In this document: piece after piece, positions 26,523 to 39,694 of the stretch | Numbering within the stretch: the first letter of the stretch is position 1 | How the letters are laid out: each line of letters begins with the position of its first letter | Source: Azolla caroliniana | Lineage: Eukaryota; Plantae; Polypodiophyta | NCBI GenBank assembly: GCA_043228905.1 | Contig: JBHGNT010000143.1 | Span: 1 to 64,000 of the forward strand | Direction of reading: 5' to 3' | Length of the DNA: 64,000 bases | Program-made: the position numbers and the translations under genes | The notes under the pieces: generated by a model | Seen by the model: only the letters and a program-made list of their open reading frames with translations | Database searches by the model: none | What the model was told of the DNA's origin: nothing

Positions 26523-29500
26523 AACATTTTAATTTACCTACTAGCTCTTCTCAACTCCCTCCTCAAGTTTGCTATTTTCGTCATGTCTCTCGACCTGAGT
26601 TTCAAAATCTTCTTTTTTTAATTCCATATCATAGCTAGCGTTGTTTGCTTCGATTTGCATGATTGAACACAAAAATCCGATATCACACGAGCCAGGTATG
26701 AACATTTTAATTTACCTACTAGCTCTTCTCAACTCCCTCCTCAAGTTTGCTATTTTCGTCATGTCTCTCGACCTGAGTTTCAAAATCTTGATTTTTTAAT
26801 TCCATATCATAGCTAGCGTTGTTTGCTTCGATTTGCATGATTGAACACAAAAATCCGATATCACACGAGCCAGGTATGAACATTTTCATTTACCTACTAG
26901 CTCTTCTCAACTCCCTCCTCAAGTTTGCTATTTTCCTCATGTCTCTCGACCTGAGTTTCAAAATCTTGATTTTTTAATTCCATATCATAGCTAGCGTTGC
27001 TAGCTTCGATTTGCATGATTGAACACAAAAATCCGATATCACACGAGCCCGGTATGAACATTTTAATTTACCTACTAGCTCTTCTCAACTCCCTCCTCAG
27101 GTTTGCTATTTTCGTCATGTCTCTCGACCTGAGTTTCAAAATCTTGTTTTTTTAATTCCATATCATAGGTAGCGTTGTTAGCTTCGATTTGCATGGTTGA
27201 ACACAAAAATCCGATATCACACGAGCCAGGTATGAACATTTTAATTTACCTACTAGCTCTTCTCAACTCCCTCCTCAAGTTTGCTATTTTCGTCATGTCT
27301 CTCGACCTGAGTTTCAAAATCCTGATTTTTTAATTCCATATCATAGCTAGCGTTGCTAGCTTCGATTTGCATGGTTGAACACAAAAATCCGATATCACAC
27401 GAGCCAGGTATGAACATTTTAATTTACCTACTAGCTCTTCTCAACTCCCTCCTCAAGTTTGCTATTTTCGTCATGTCTCTCGACCTGAGTTTCAAAATCC
27501 TGATTTTTTAATTCCATATCATAGCTAGCGTTGCTAGCTTCGATTTGCATGGTTGAACACAAAAATCCGATATCACACGAGCCAGGTATGAACATTTTAA
27601 TTTACCTACTAGCTCTTCTCAACTCCCTCCTCAAGTTTGCTATTTTCGTCATGTCTCTCGACCTGAGTTTCAAAATCTTCTTTTTTTAATTCCATATCAT
27701 AGCTAGCGTTGTTTGCTTCGATTTGCATGATTGAACACAAAAATCCGATATCACACGAGCCAGGTATGAACATTTTAATTTACCTACTAGCTCTTCTCAA
27801 CTCCCTCCTCAAGTTTGCTATTTTCGTCATGTCTCTCGACCTGAGTTTCAAAATCTTGATTTTTTAATTCCATATCATAGCTAGCGTTGTTTGCTTCGAT
27901 TTGCATGATTGAACACAAAAATCCGATATCACACGAGCCAGGTATGAACATTTTCATTTACCTACTAGCTCTTCTCAACTCCCTCCTCAAGTTTGCTATT
28001 TTCCTCATGTCTCTCGACCTGAGTTTCAAAATCTTGATTTTTTAATTCCATATCATAGCTAGCGTTGCTAGCTTCGATTTGCATGATTGAACACAAAAAT
28101 CCGATATCACACGAGCCCGGTATGAACATTTTAATTTACCTACTAGCTCTTCTCAACTCCCTCCTCAGGTTTGCTATTTTCGTCATGTCTCTGGACCTGA
28201 GTTTCAAAATCTTGTTTTTTTAATTCCATATCATAGGTAGCGTTGTTAGCTTCGATTTGCATGGTTGAACACAAACATCCGATATCACACGAGCCAGGTA
28301 TGAACATTTTAATTTACCTACTAGCTCTTCTCAACTCCCTCCTCAAGTTTGCTATTTTCGTCATGTCTCTCGACCTAAGTTTCAAAATCCTGATTTTTTA
28401 ATTCCATATCATAGCTAGCGTTGCTAGCTTCGATTTGCATGGTTGAACACAAAAATCCGATATCACACGAGCCAGGTATGAACATTTTAATTTACCTACT
28501 AGCTCTTCTCAACTCCCTCCTCAAGTTTGCTATTTTCGTCATGTCTCTCGACCTGAGTTTCAAAATCCTGATTTTTTAATTCCATATCATAGCTAGCGTT
28601 GCTAGCTTCGATTTGCATGGTTGAACACAAAAATCCGATATCACACGAGCCAGGTATGAACATTTTAATTTACCTACTAGCTCTTCTCAACTCCCTCCTC
28701 AAGTTTGCTATTTTCGTCATGTCTCTCGACCTGAGTTTCAAAATCTTCTTTTTTTAATTCCATATCATAGCTAGCGTTGTTTGCTTCGATTTGCATGATT
28801 GAACACAAAAATCCGATATCACACGAGCCAGGTATGAACATTTTAATTTACCTACTAGCTCTTCTCAACTCCCTCCTCAAGTTTGCTATTTTCGTCATGT
28901 CTCTCGACCTGAGTTTCAAAATCTTGATTTTTTAATTCCATATCATAGCTAGCGTTGCTAGCTTCGATTTGCATGATTGAACACAAAAATCCGATATCAC
29001 ACGAGCCCGGTATGAACATTTTAATTTACCTACTAGCTCTTCTCAACTCCCTCCTCAGGTTTGCTATTTTCGTCATGTCTCTCGACCTGAGTTTCAAAAT
29101 CTTGTTTTTTTAATTCCATATCATAGGTAGCGTTGTTAGCTTCGATTTGCATGATTGAACACAGAAATCCGATATCACACGAGCCAGGTATGAACATTTT
29201 AATTTACCTACTAGCTCTTCTCAACTCCCTCCTCAAGTTTGCTATTTTCGTCATGTCTCTCGACCTGAGTTTCAAAATCTTGATTTTTTAATTCTATATC
29301 ATAGCTAGCGTTGCTAGCTTCGATTTGCATGGTTGAACACAAAAATCCGATATCACACGAGCCAGGTATGAACATTTTAATTTACCTACTAGCTCTTCTC
29401 AACTCCCTCCTCAAGTTTGCTATTTTCGTCATGTCTCTCGACCTGAGTTTCAAAATCCTGATTTTTTAATTCCATATCATAGCTAGCGTTGCTAGCTTCG

Positions 29501-29904
29501 ATTTGCATGGTTGAACACAAAAATCCGATATCACACGAGCCAGGTATGAACATTTTAATTTACCTACTAGCTCTTCTCAACTCCCTCCTCAAGTTTGCTA
29601 TTTTCGTCATGTCTCTCGACCTGAGTTTCAAAATCCTGATTTTTTAATTCCATATCATAGCTAGCGTTGCTAGCTTCGATTTGCATGGTTGAACACAAAA
29701 ATCCGATATCACACGAGCCAGGTATGAACATTTTAATTTACCTACTAGCTCTTCTCAACTCCCTCCTCAAGTTTGCTATTTTCGTCATGTCTCTCGACCT
29801 GAGTTTCAAAATCTTCTTTTTTTAATTCCATATCATAGCTAGCGTTGTTTGCTTCGATTTGCATGATTGAACACAAAAATCCGATATCACACGAGCCGGG
29901 TATG
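26523..29904. repeat. 6-monomer periodicity (1068 bp), imperfect HOR
   Basis: The C of the AATCTTCTTT marker lies at 26612, 27680, 28748 and 29816. The third unit has a different monomer composition. Confidence 0.8.
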
Positions 29905-32900
29905 AACATTTTAATTTACCTACTAGCTCTTCTCAACTCCCTCCTCAAGTTTGCTATTTTCGTCATGTCTCTCGACCTGAGTTTCAAAATCTTGATTTTT
30001 TAATTCCATATCATAGCTAGCGTTGTTTGCTTCGATTTGCATGATTGAACACAAAAATCCGATATCACACGAGCCAGGTATGAACATTTTCATTTACCTA
30101 CTAGCTCTTCTCAACTCCCTCCTCAAGTTTGCTATTTTCCTCATGTCTCTCGACCTGAGTTTCAAAATCTTGATTTTTTAATTCCATATCATAGCTAGCG
30201 TTGCTAGCTTCGATTTGCATGGTTGAACACAAAAATCCTATATCACACGAGCCAGGTATGAACATTTTAATTTACTCAAGGGCTCCTCTCAACTCCCTCC
30301 TCAAGTTTGCTATTTTCGTCATGTCTCTCGACCTGAGTTTCAAAATCTTGATTTTTTATTTCCATATCATAGGTAGCGTTGTTAGCTTCGATTCGCATGT
30401 TTGAACACAAGAATCCGATATCACACGAGCCAGGTATGAACATTTTAATTTACCTACTAGCTCTTCTCAACTCCCTCCTCAAGTTTGCTATTTTCGTCAT
30501 GTCTCTCGACCTGAGTTTCAAAATCTTGATTTTTTAATTCCATATCATAGCTAGCGTTGTTTGCTTCGATTTGCATGATTGAACACAAAAATCCGATATC
30601 ACACGAGCCCGGTATGAACATTTTAATTTACCTACTAGCTCTTCTCAACTCCCTCCTCAAGTTTGCTATTTTCGTCATGTCTCTCGACCTGAGTTTCAAA
30701 ATCTTGATTTTTTAATTCCATATCATAGCTAGCGTTGCTAGCTTCGATTTGCATGATTGAACACAAAAATCCGATATCACACAAGCCCGGTATGAACATT
30801 TTAATTTACCTACTAGCTCTTCTCAACTCCCTCCTCAGGTTTGCTATTTTCGTCATGTCTCTCGACCTGAGTTTCAAAATCTTGTTTTTTTAATTCCATA
30901 TCATAGCTAGCGTTGTTAGCTTCGATTTGCATGATTGAACACAGAAATCCGATATCACACGAGCCAGGTATGAACATTTTCATTTACCTACTAGCTCTTC
31001 TCAACTCCCTCCTCAAGTTTGCTATTTTCGTCATGTCTCTGGACCTGAGTTTCAAAATCTTGATTTTTTAATTCTATATCATAGCTAGCGTTGCTAGCTT
31101 CGATTTGCATGGTTGAACACAAAAATCCGATATCACACGAGCCAGGTATGAACATTTTAATTTACCTACTAGCTCTTCTCAACTCCCTCCTCAAGTTTGC
31201 TATTTTCGTCATGTCTCTCGACCTGAGTTTCAAAATCCTGATTTTTTAATTCCATATCATAGCTAGCGTTGCTAGCTTCGATTTGCATGGTTGAACACAA
31301 AAATCCGATATCACACGAGCCAGGTATGAACATTTTAATTTACCTACTAGCTCTTCTCAACTCCCTCCTCAAGTTTGCTATTTTCGTCATGTCTCTCGAC
31401 CTGAGTTTCAAAATCCTGATTTTTTAATTCCATATCATAGCTAGCGTTGCTAGCTTCGATTTGCATGGTTGAACACAAAAATCCGATATCACACGAGCCA
31501 GGTATGAACATTTTAATTTACCTACTAGCTCTTCTCAACTCCCTCCTCAAGTTTGCTATTTTCGTCATGTCTCTCGACCTGAGTTTCAAAATCTTCTTTT
31601 TTTAATTCCATATCATAGCTAGCGTTGTTTGCTTCGATTTGCATGATTGAACACAAAAATCCGATATCACACGAGCCGGGTATGAACATTTTAATTTACC
31701 TACTAGCTCTTCTCAACTCCCTCCTCAAGTTTGCTATTTTCGTCATGTCTCTCGACCTGAGTTTCAAAATCTTGATTTTTTAATTCCATATCATAGCTAG
31801 CGTTGTTTGCTTCGATTTGCATGATTGAACACAAAAATCCGATATCACACGAGCCAGGTATGAACATTTTCATTTACCTACTAGCTCTTCTCAACTCCCT
31901 CCTCAAGTTTGCTATTTTCCTCATGTCTCTCGACCTGAGTTTCAAAATCTTGATTTTTTAATTCCATATCATAGCTAGCGTTGCTAGCTTCGATTTGCAT
32001 GGTTGAACACAAAAATCCTATATCACACGAGCCAGGTATGAACATTTTAATTTACTCAAGGGCTCCTCTCAACTCCCTCCTCAAGTTTGCTATTTTCGTC
32101 ATGTCTCTCGACCTGAGTTTCAAAATCTTGATTTTTTATTTCCATATCATAGGTAGCGTTGTTAGCTTCGATTCGCATGTTTGAACACAAGAATCCGATA
32201 TCACACGAGCCAGGTATGAACATTTTAATTTACCTACTAGCTCTTCTCAACTACCTCCTCAAGTTTGCTATTTTCGTCATGTCTCTCGACCTGAGTTTCA
32301 AAATCTTGATTTTTTAATTCCATATCATAGGTAGTGTCGCCAGCTTCGAATCGCATGTTTGAACACAAGAATCCGATATCACACGAGCCAGGTATGAACA
32401 TTTTAATTTTGTCAAGGGCTCCTCTCAACTCCCTCCTCAAGTTTGCTATTTTCGTCATGTCTCTCGACCTGAGTTTCAAAATCTTGATTTTTTAATTCCA
32501 TATCATAGCTAGCGTTGTTAGCTTCGATTCGCATGTTTTAACACAAAAATCCGATATGACACGAGCCAGGTATGAACATTTTAATTTACCTACTACCTCT
32601 TCTCAACTCACTCCTCAAATTTGGTAATTTCGTCATGTCTCTCGACCTGAGTTTCAAAATCTTGATTTTTTAATTCCATATCATAGGTAGCGTCGCTAGC
32701 TTCGATTCACATGTTTGAACACAAAAATCCGATATCACACGAGCCAGGTATGAACATTTTAATTTACTCAAGGGCTCCTCTCAACTCCCTCCTCAAGTTT
32801 GCTATTTTCGTCATGTCTCTCGACCTGAGTTTCAAAATCTTGATTTTTTAATTCTATATCATAGGTAGCGTTGTTAGCTTCGATTCGCATGTTTGAACAC

Positions 32901-35900
32901 AAGAATCCGATATCACACGAGCCAGGTATGAACATTTTAATTTACTCAAGGGCTCCTCTCAACTCCCTCCTCAAGTTTGCTATTTTCGTCATGTCTCTCG
33001 ACCTGAGTTTCAAAATCTTGTTTTTTTAATTCCATATCATAGGTAGCGTTGTTAGCTTCGATTTGCATGATTGAACACAGAAATCCGATATCACACGAGC
33101 CAGGTATGAACATTTTCATTTACCTACTAGCTCTTCTCAACTCCCTCCTCAAGTTTGCTATTTTCGTCATGTCTCTCGACCTGAGTTTCAAAATCTTGAT
33201 TTTTTAATTCCATATCATAGGTAGCGTCGCCAGCTTCGATTCGCATGTTTGAACACAAAAATCCGATATCACACGAGCCAGGTATGAACATTTTAATTTA
33301 CTCAAGGGCTCCTCTCAACTCCCTCCTCAAGTTTGCTATTTTCGTCATGTCTCTCGACCTGAGTTTCAAAATCTTGATTTTTTAATTCCATATCATAGCT
33401 AGCGTTGCTAGCTTCGATTTGCATGGTTGAACACAAAAATCCGATATCACACGAGCCAGGTATGAACATTTTAATTTACTCAAGGGCTCCTCTCAACTCC
33501 CTCCTCAAGTTTGCTATTTTCGTCATGTCTCTCGACCTGAGTTTGAAAATCTTGATTTTTTAATTCCATATCATAGGTAGCGTTGTTAGCTTCGATTCGC
33601 ATGTTTGAACACAAGAATCCGATATCACACGAGCCAGGTATGAACATTTTAATTTACTCAAGGGCTCCTCTCAACTCCCTTCTCAAGTTTGCTATTTTCG
33701 TCATGTCTCTCGACCTGAGTTTCAAAATCTTGATTTTTTAATTCCATATCATAGCTAGCGTTGTTTGCTTCGATTTGCATGATTGAACACAAAAATACGA
33801 TATCACACGAGCCCGGTATGAACATTTTAATTTACCTACTAGCTCTTCTCAACTCCCTCCTCAAGTTTGCTATTTTCGTCATGTCTCTCGACCTGAGTTT
33901 CAAAATCTTGTTTTTTTAATTCCATATCATAGCTAGCGTTGTTAGCTTCGATTTGCATGATTGAACACAAAAATCCGATATCACACGAGCCAGGTATGAA
34001 CATTTTAATTTACCTACTAGCTCTTCTCAACTCCCTCCTCAAGTTTGCTATTTTCGTCATGTCTCTCGACCTGAGTTTCAAAATCCTGATTTTTTAATTC
34101 CATATCATAGCTAGCGTTGCTAGCTTCGATTTGCATGGTTGAACAGAAAAATCCGATATCACACGAGCCAGGTATGAACATTTTAATTTACTCAAGGGCT
34201 CCTCTCAACTCCCTCCTCAAGTTTGCTATTTTCGTCATGTCTCTCGACCTGAGTTTCAAAATCTTGATTTTTTAATTCCATATCATAGCTAGCGTTGTTT
34301 GCTTCGATTTGCATGATTGAACACAGAAATCCGATATCACACGAGCCAGGTATGAACATTTTAATTTACCTACTAGCTCTTCTCAACTCCCTCCTCAAGT
34401 TTGCTATTTTCGTCATGTCTCTCGACCTGAGTTTCAAAATCTTGATTTTTTAATTCTATATCATAGCTAGCGTTGCTAGCTTCGATTTGCATGGTTGAAC
34501 ACAAAAATCCGATATCACACGAGCCAGGTATGAACATTTTAATTTACCTACTAGCTCTTCTCAACTCCCTCCTCAAGTTTGCTATTTTCGTCATGTCTCT
34601 CGACCTGAGTTTCAAAATCCTGATTTTTTAATTCCATATCATAGCTAGCGTTGCTAGCTTCGATTTGCATGGTTGAACACAAAAATCCGATATCACACGA
34701 GCCAGGTATGAACATTTTAATTTACCTACTAGCTCTTCTCAACTCCCTCCTCAAGTTTGCTATTTTCGTCATGTCTCTCGACCTGAGTTTCAAAATCCTG
34801 ATTTTTTAATTCCATATCATAGCTAGCGTTGCTAGCTTCGATTTGCATGGTTGAACACAAAAATCCGATATCACACGAGCCAGGTATGAACATTTTAATT
34901 TACCTACTAGCTCTTCTCAACTCCCTCCTCAAGTTTGCTATTTTCGTCATGTCTCTCGACCTGAGTTTCAAAATCTTCTTTTTTTAATTCCATATCATAG
35001 CTAGCGTTGTTTGCTTCGATTTGCATGATTGAACACAAAAATCCGATATCACACGAGCCGGGTATGAACATTTTAATTTACCTACTAGCTCTTCTCAACT
35101 CCCTCCTCAAGTTTGCTATTTTCGTCATGTCTCTCGACCTGAGTTTCAAAATCTTGATTTTTTAATTCCATATCATAGCTAGCGTTGTTTGCTTCGATTT
35201 GCATGATTGAACACAAAAATCCGATATCACACGAGCCAGGTATGAACATTTTCATTTACCTACTAGCTCTTCTCAACTCCCTCCTCAAGTTTGCTATTTT
35301 CCTCATGTCTCTCGACCTGAGTTTCAAAATCTTGATTTTTTAATTCCATATCATAGCTAGCGTTGCTAGCTTCGATTTGCATGGTTGAACACAAAAATCC
35401 TATATCACACGAGCCAGGTATGAACATTTTAATTTACTCAAGGGCTCCTCTCAACTCCCTCCTCAAGTTTGCTATTTTCGTCATGTCTCTCGACCTGAGT
35501 TTCAAAATCTTGATTTTTTATTTCCATATCATAGGTAGCGTTGTTAGCTTCGATTCGCATGTTTGAACACAAGAATCCGATATCACACGAGCCAGGTATG
35601 AACATTTTAATTTACCTACTAGCTCTTCTCAACTCCCTCCTCAAGTTTGCTATTTTCGTCATGTCTCTCGACCTGAGTTTCAAAATCTTGATTTTTTAAT
35701 TCCATATCATAGCTAGCGTTGTTTGCTTCGATTTGCATGATTGAACACAAAAATCCGATATCACACGAGCCCGGTATGAACATTTTAATTTACCTACTAG
35801 CTCTTCTCAACTCCCTCCTCAAGTTTGCTATTTTCGTCATGTCTCTCGACCTGAGTTTCAAAATCTTGATTTTTTAATTCCATATCATAGCTAGCGTTGC

Positions 35901-38900
35901 TAGCTTCGATTTGCATGATTGAACACAAAAATCCGATATCACACAAGCCCGGTATGAACATTTTAATTTACCTACTAGCTCTTCTCAACTCCCTCCTCAG
36001 GTTTGCTATTTTCGTCATGTCTCTCGACCTGAGTTTCAAAATCTTGTTTTTTTAATTCCATATCATAGCTAGCGTTGTTAGCTTCGATTTGCATGATTGA
36101 ACACAGAAATCCGATATCACACGAGCCAGGTATGAACATTTTCATTTACCTACTAGCTCTTCTCAACTCCCTCCTCAAGTTTGCTATTTTCGTCATGTCT
36201 CTGGACCTGAGTTTCAAAATCTTGATTTTTTAATTCTATATCATAGCTAGCGTTGCTAGCTTCGATTTGCATGGTTGAACACAAAAATCCGATATCACAC
36301 GAGCCAGGTATGAACATTTTAATTTACCTACTAGCTCTTCTCAACTCCCTCCTCAAGTTTGCTATTTTCGTCATGTCTCTCGACCTGAGTTTCAAAATCC
36401 TGATTTTTTAATTCCATATCATAGCTAGCGTTGCTAGCTTCGATTTGCATGGTTGAACACAAAAATCCGATATCACACGAGCCAGGTATGAACATTTTAA
36501 TTTACCTACTAGCTCTTCTCAACTCCCTCCTCAAGTTTGCTATTTTCGTCATGTCTCTCGACCTGAGTTTCAAAATCCTGATTTTTTAATTCCATATCAT
36601 AGCTAGCGTTGCTAGCTTCGATTTGCATGGTTGAACACAAAAATCCGATATCACACGAGCCAGGTATGAACATTTTAATTTACCTACTAGCTCTTCTCAA
36701 CTCCCTCCTCAAGTTTGCTATTTTCGTCATGTCTCTCGACCTGAGTTTCAAAATCTTCTTTTTTTAATTCCATATCATAGCTAGCGTTGTTTGCTTCGAT
36801 TTGCATGATTGAACACAAAAATCCGATATCACACGAGCCGGGTATGAACATTTTAATTTACCTACTAGCTCTTCTCAACTCCCTCCTCAAGTTTGCTATT
36901 TTCGTCATGTCTCTCGACCTGAGTTTCAAAATCTTGATTTTTTAATTCCATATCATAGCTAGCGTTGTTTGCTTCGATTTGCATGATTGAACACAAAAAT
37001 CCGATATCACACGAGCCAGGTATGAACATTTTCATTTACCTACTAGCTCTTCTCAACTCCCTCCTCAAGTTTGCTATTTTCCTCATGTCTCTCGACCTGA
37101 GTTTCAAAATCTTGATTTTTTAATTCCATATCATAGCTAGCGTTGCTAGCTTCGATTTGCATGGTTGAACACAAAAATCCTATATCACACGAGCCAGGTA
37201 TGAACATTTTAATTTACTCAAGGGCTCCTCTCAACTCCCTCCTCAAGTTTGCTATTTTCGTCATGTCTCTCGACCTGAGTTTCAAAATCTTGATTTTTTA
37301 TTTCCATATCATAGGTAGCGTTGTTAGCTTCGATTCGCATGTTTGAACACAAGAATCCGATATCACACGAGCCAGGTATGAACATTTTAATTTACCTACT
37401 AGCTCTTGTCAACTACCTCCTCAAGTTTGCTATTTTCGTCATGTCTCTCGACCTGAGTTTCAAAATCTTGATTTTTTAATTCCATATCATAGGTAGTGTC
37501 GCCAGCTTCGAATCGCATGTTTGAACACAAGAATCCGATATCACACGAGCCAGGTATGAACATTTTAATTTTGTCAAGGGCTCCTCTCAACTCCCTCCTC
37601 AAGTTTGCTATTTTCGTCATGTCTCTCGACCTGAGTTTCAAAATCTTGATTTTTTAATTCCATATCATAGCTAGCGTTGTTAGCTTCGATTCGCATGTTT
37701 TAACACAAAAATCCGATATGACACGAGCCAGGTATGAACATTTTAATTTACCTACTACCTCTTCTCAACTCACTCCTCAAATTTGGTAATTTCGTCATGT
37801 CTCTCGACCTGAGTTTCAAAATCTTGATTTTTTAATTCCATATCATAGGTAGCGTCGCTAGCTTCGATTCACATGTTTGAACACAAAAATCCGATATCAC
37901 ACGAGCCAGGTATGAACATTTTAATTTACTCAAGGGCTCCTCTCAACTCCCTCCTCAAGTTTGCTATTTTCGTCATGTCTCTCGACCTGAGTTTCAAAAT
38001 CTTGATTTTTTAATTCTATATCATAGGTAGCGTTGTTAGCTTCGATTCGCATGTTTGAACACAAGAATCCGATATCACACGAGCCAGGTATGAACATTTT
38101 AATTTACTCAAGGGCTCCTCTCAACTCCCTCCTCAAGTTTGCTATTTTCGTCATGTCTCTCGACCTGAGTTTCAAAATCTTGTTTTTTTAATTCCATATC
38201 ATAGGTAGCGTTGTTAGCTTCGATTTGCATGATTGAACACAGAAATCCGATATCACACGAGCCAGGTATGAACATTTTCATTTACCTACTAGCTCTTCTC
38301 AACTCCCTCCTCAAGTTTGCTATTTTCGTCATGTCTCTCGACCTGAGTTTCAAAATCTTGATTTTTTAATTCCATATCATAGGTAGCGTCGCCAGCTTCG
38401 ATTCGCATGTTTGAACACAAAAATCCGATATCACACGAGCCAGGTATGAACATTTTAATTTACTCAAGGGCTCCTCTCAACTCCCTCCTCAAGTTTGCTA
38501 TTTTCGTCATGTCTCTCGACCTGAGTTTCAAAATCTTGATTTTTTAATTCCATATCATAGCTAGCGTTGCTAGCTTCGATTTGCATGGTTGAACACAAAA
38601 ATCCGATATCACACGAGCCAGGTATGAACATTTTAATTTACTCAAGGGCTCCTCTCAACTCCCTCCTCAAGTTTGCTATTTTCGTCATGTCTCTCGACCT
38701 GAGTTTGAAAATCTTGATTTTTTAATTCCATATCATAGGTAGCGTTGTTAGCTTCGATTCGCATGTTTGAACACAAGAATCCGATATCACACGAGCCAGG
38801 TATGAACATTTTAATTTACTCAAGGGCTCCTCTCAACTCCCTTCTCAAGTTTGCTATTTTCGTCATGTCTCTCGACCTGAGTTTCAAAATCTTGATTTTT

Positions 38901-39473
38901 TAATTCCATATCATAGCTAGCGTTGTTTGCTTCGATTTGCATGATTGAACACAAAAATACGATATCACACGAGCCCGGTATGAACATTTTAATTTACCTA
39001 CTAGCTCTTCTCAACTCCCTCCTCAAGTTTGCTATTTTCGTCATGTCTCTCGACCTGAGTTTCAAAATCTTGTTTTTTTAATTCCATATCATAGCTAGCG
39101 TTGTTAGCTTCGATTTGCATGATTGAACACAAAAATCCGATATCACACGAGCCAGGTATGAACATTTTAATTTACCTACTAGCTCTTCTCAACTCCCTCC
39201 TCAAGTTTGCTATTTTCGTCATGTCTCTCGACCTGAGTTTCAAAATCCTGATTTTTTAATTCCATATCATAGCTAGCGTTGCTAGCTTCGATTTGCATGG
39301 TTGAACAGAAAAATCCGATATCACACGAGCCAGGTATGAACATTTTAATTTACTCAAGGGCTCCTCTCAACTCCCTCCTCAAGTTTGCTATTTTCGTCAT
39401 GTCTCTCGACCTGAGTTTCAAAATCTTGATTTTTTAATTCCATATCATAGCTAGCGTTGTTTGCTTCGATTTG
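29150..39473. repeat. 29-monomer (5162 bp) tandem duplication, 2 copies, each with a nested partial 10-monomer (1780 bp) repeat
   Basis: ORF-track pairs 30201/35363, 31981/37143 and 32237/37399 are all offset by 5162, and 30201/31981 by 1780. The markers AATCCTAT, GCCGGG, TTTTGTCAAG, TTCACATG and CCCTTCTC follow the same offset. Ends are approximate. Confidence 0.92.
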
Positions 39474-39694
39474 CATGATTGAACACAAAAATCCGATATC
39501 ACACGAGCCAGGTATGAACATTTTAATTTACCTACTAGCTCTTCTCAACTCCCTCCTCAAGTTTGCTATTTTCGTCATGTCTCTCGACCTGAGTTTCAAA
39601 ATCTTGATTTTTTAATTCCATATCATAGCTAGCGTTGTTTGCTTCGATTTGCATGATTGAACACAAAAATCCGATATCACACGAGCCAGGTATG

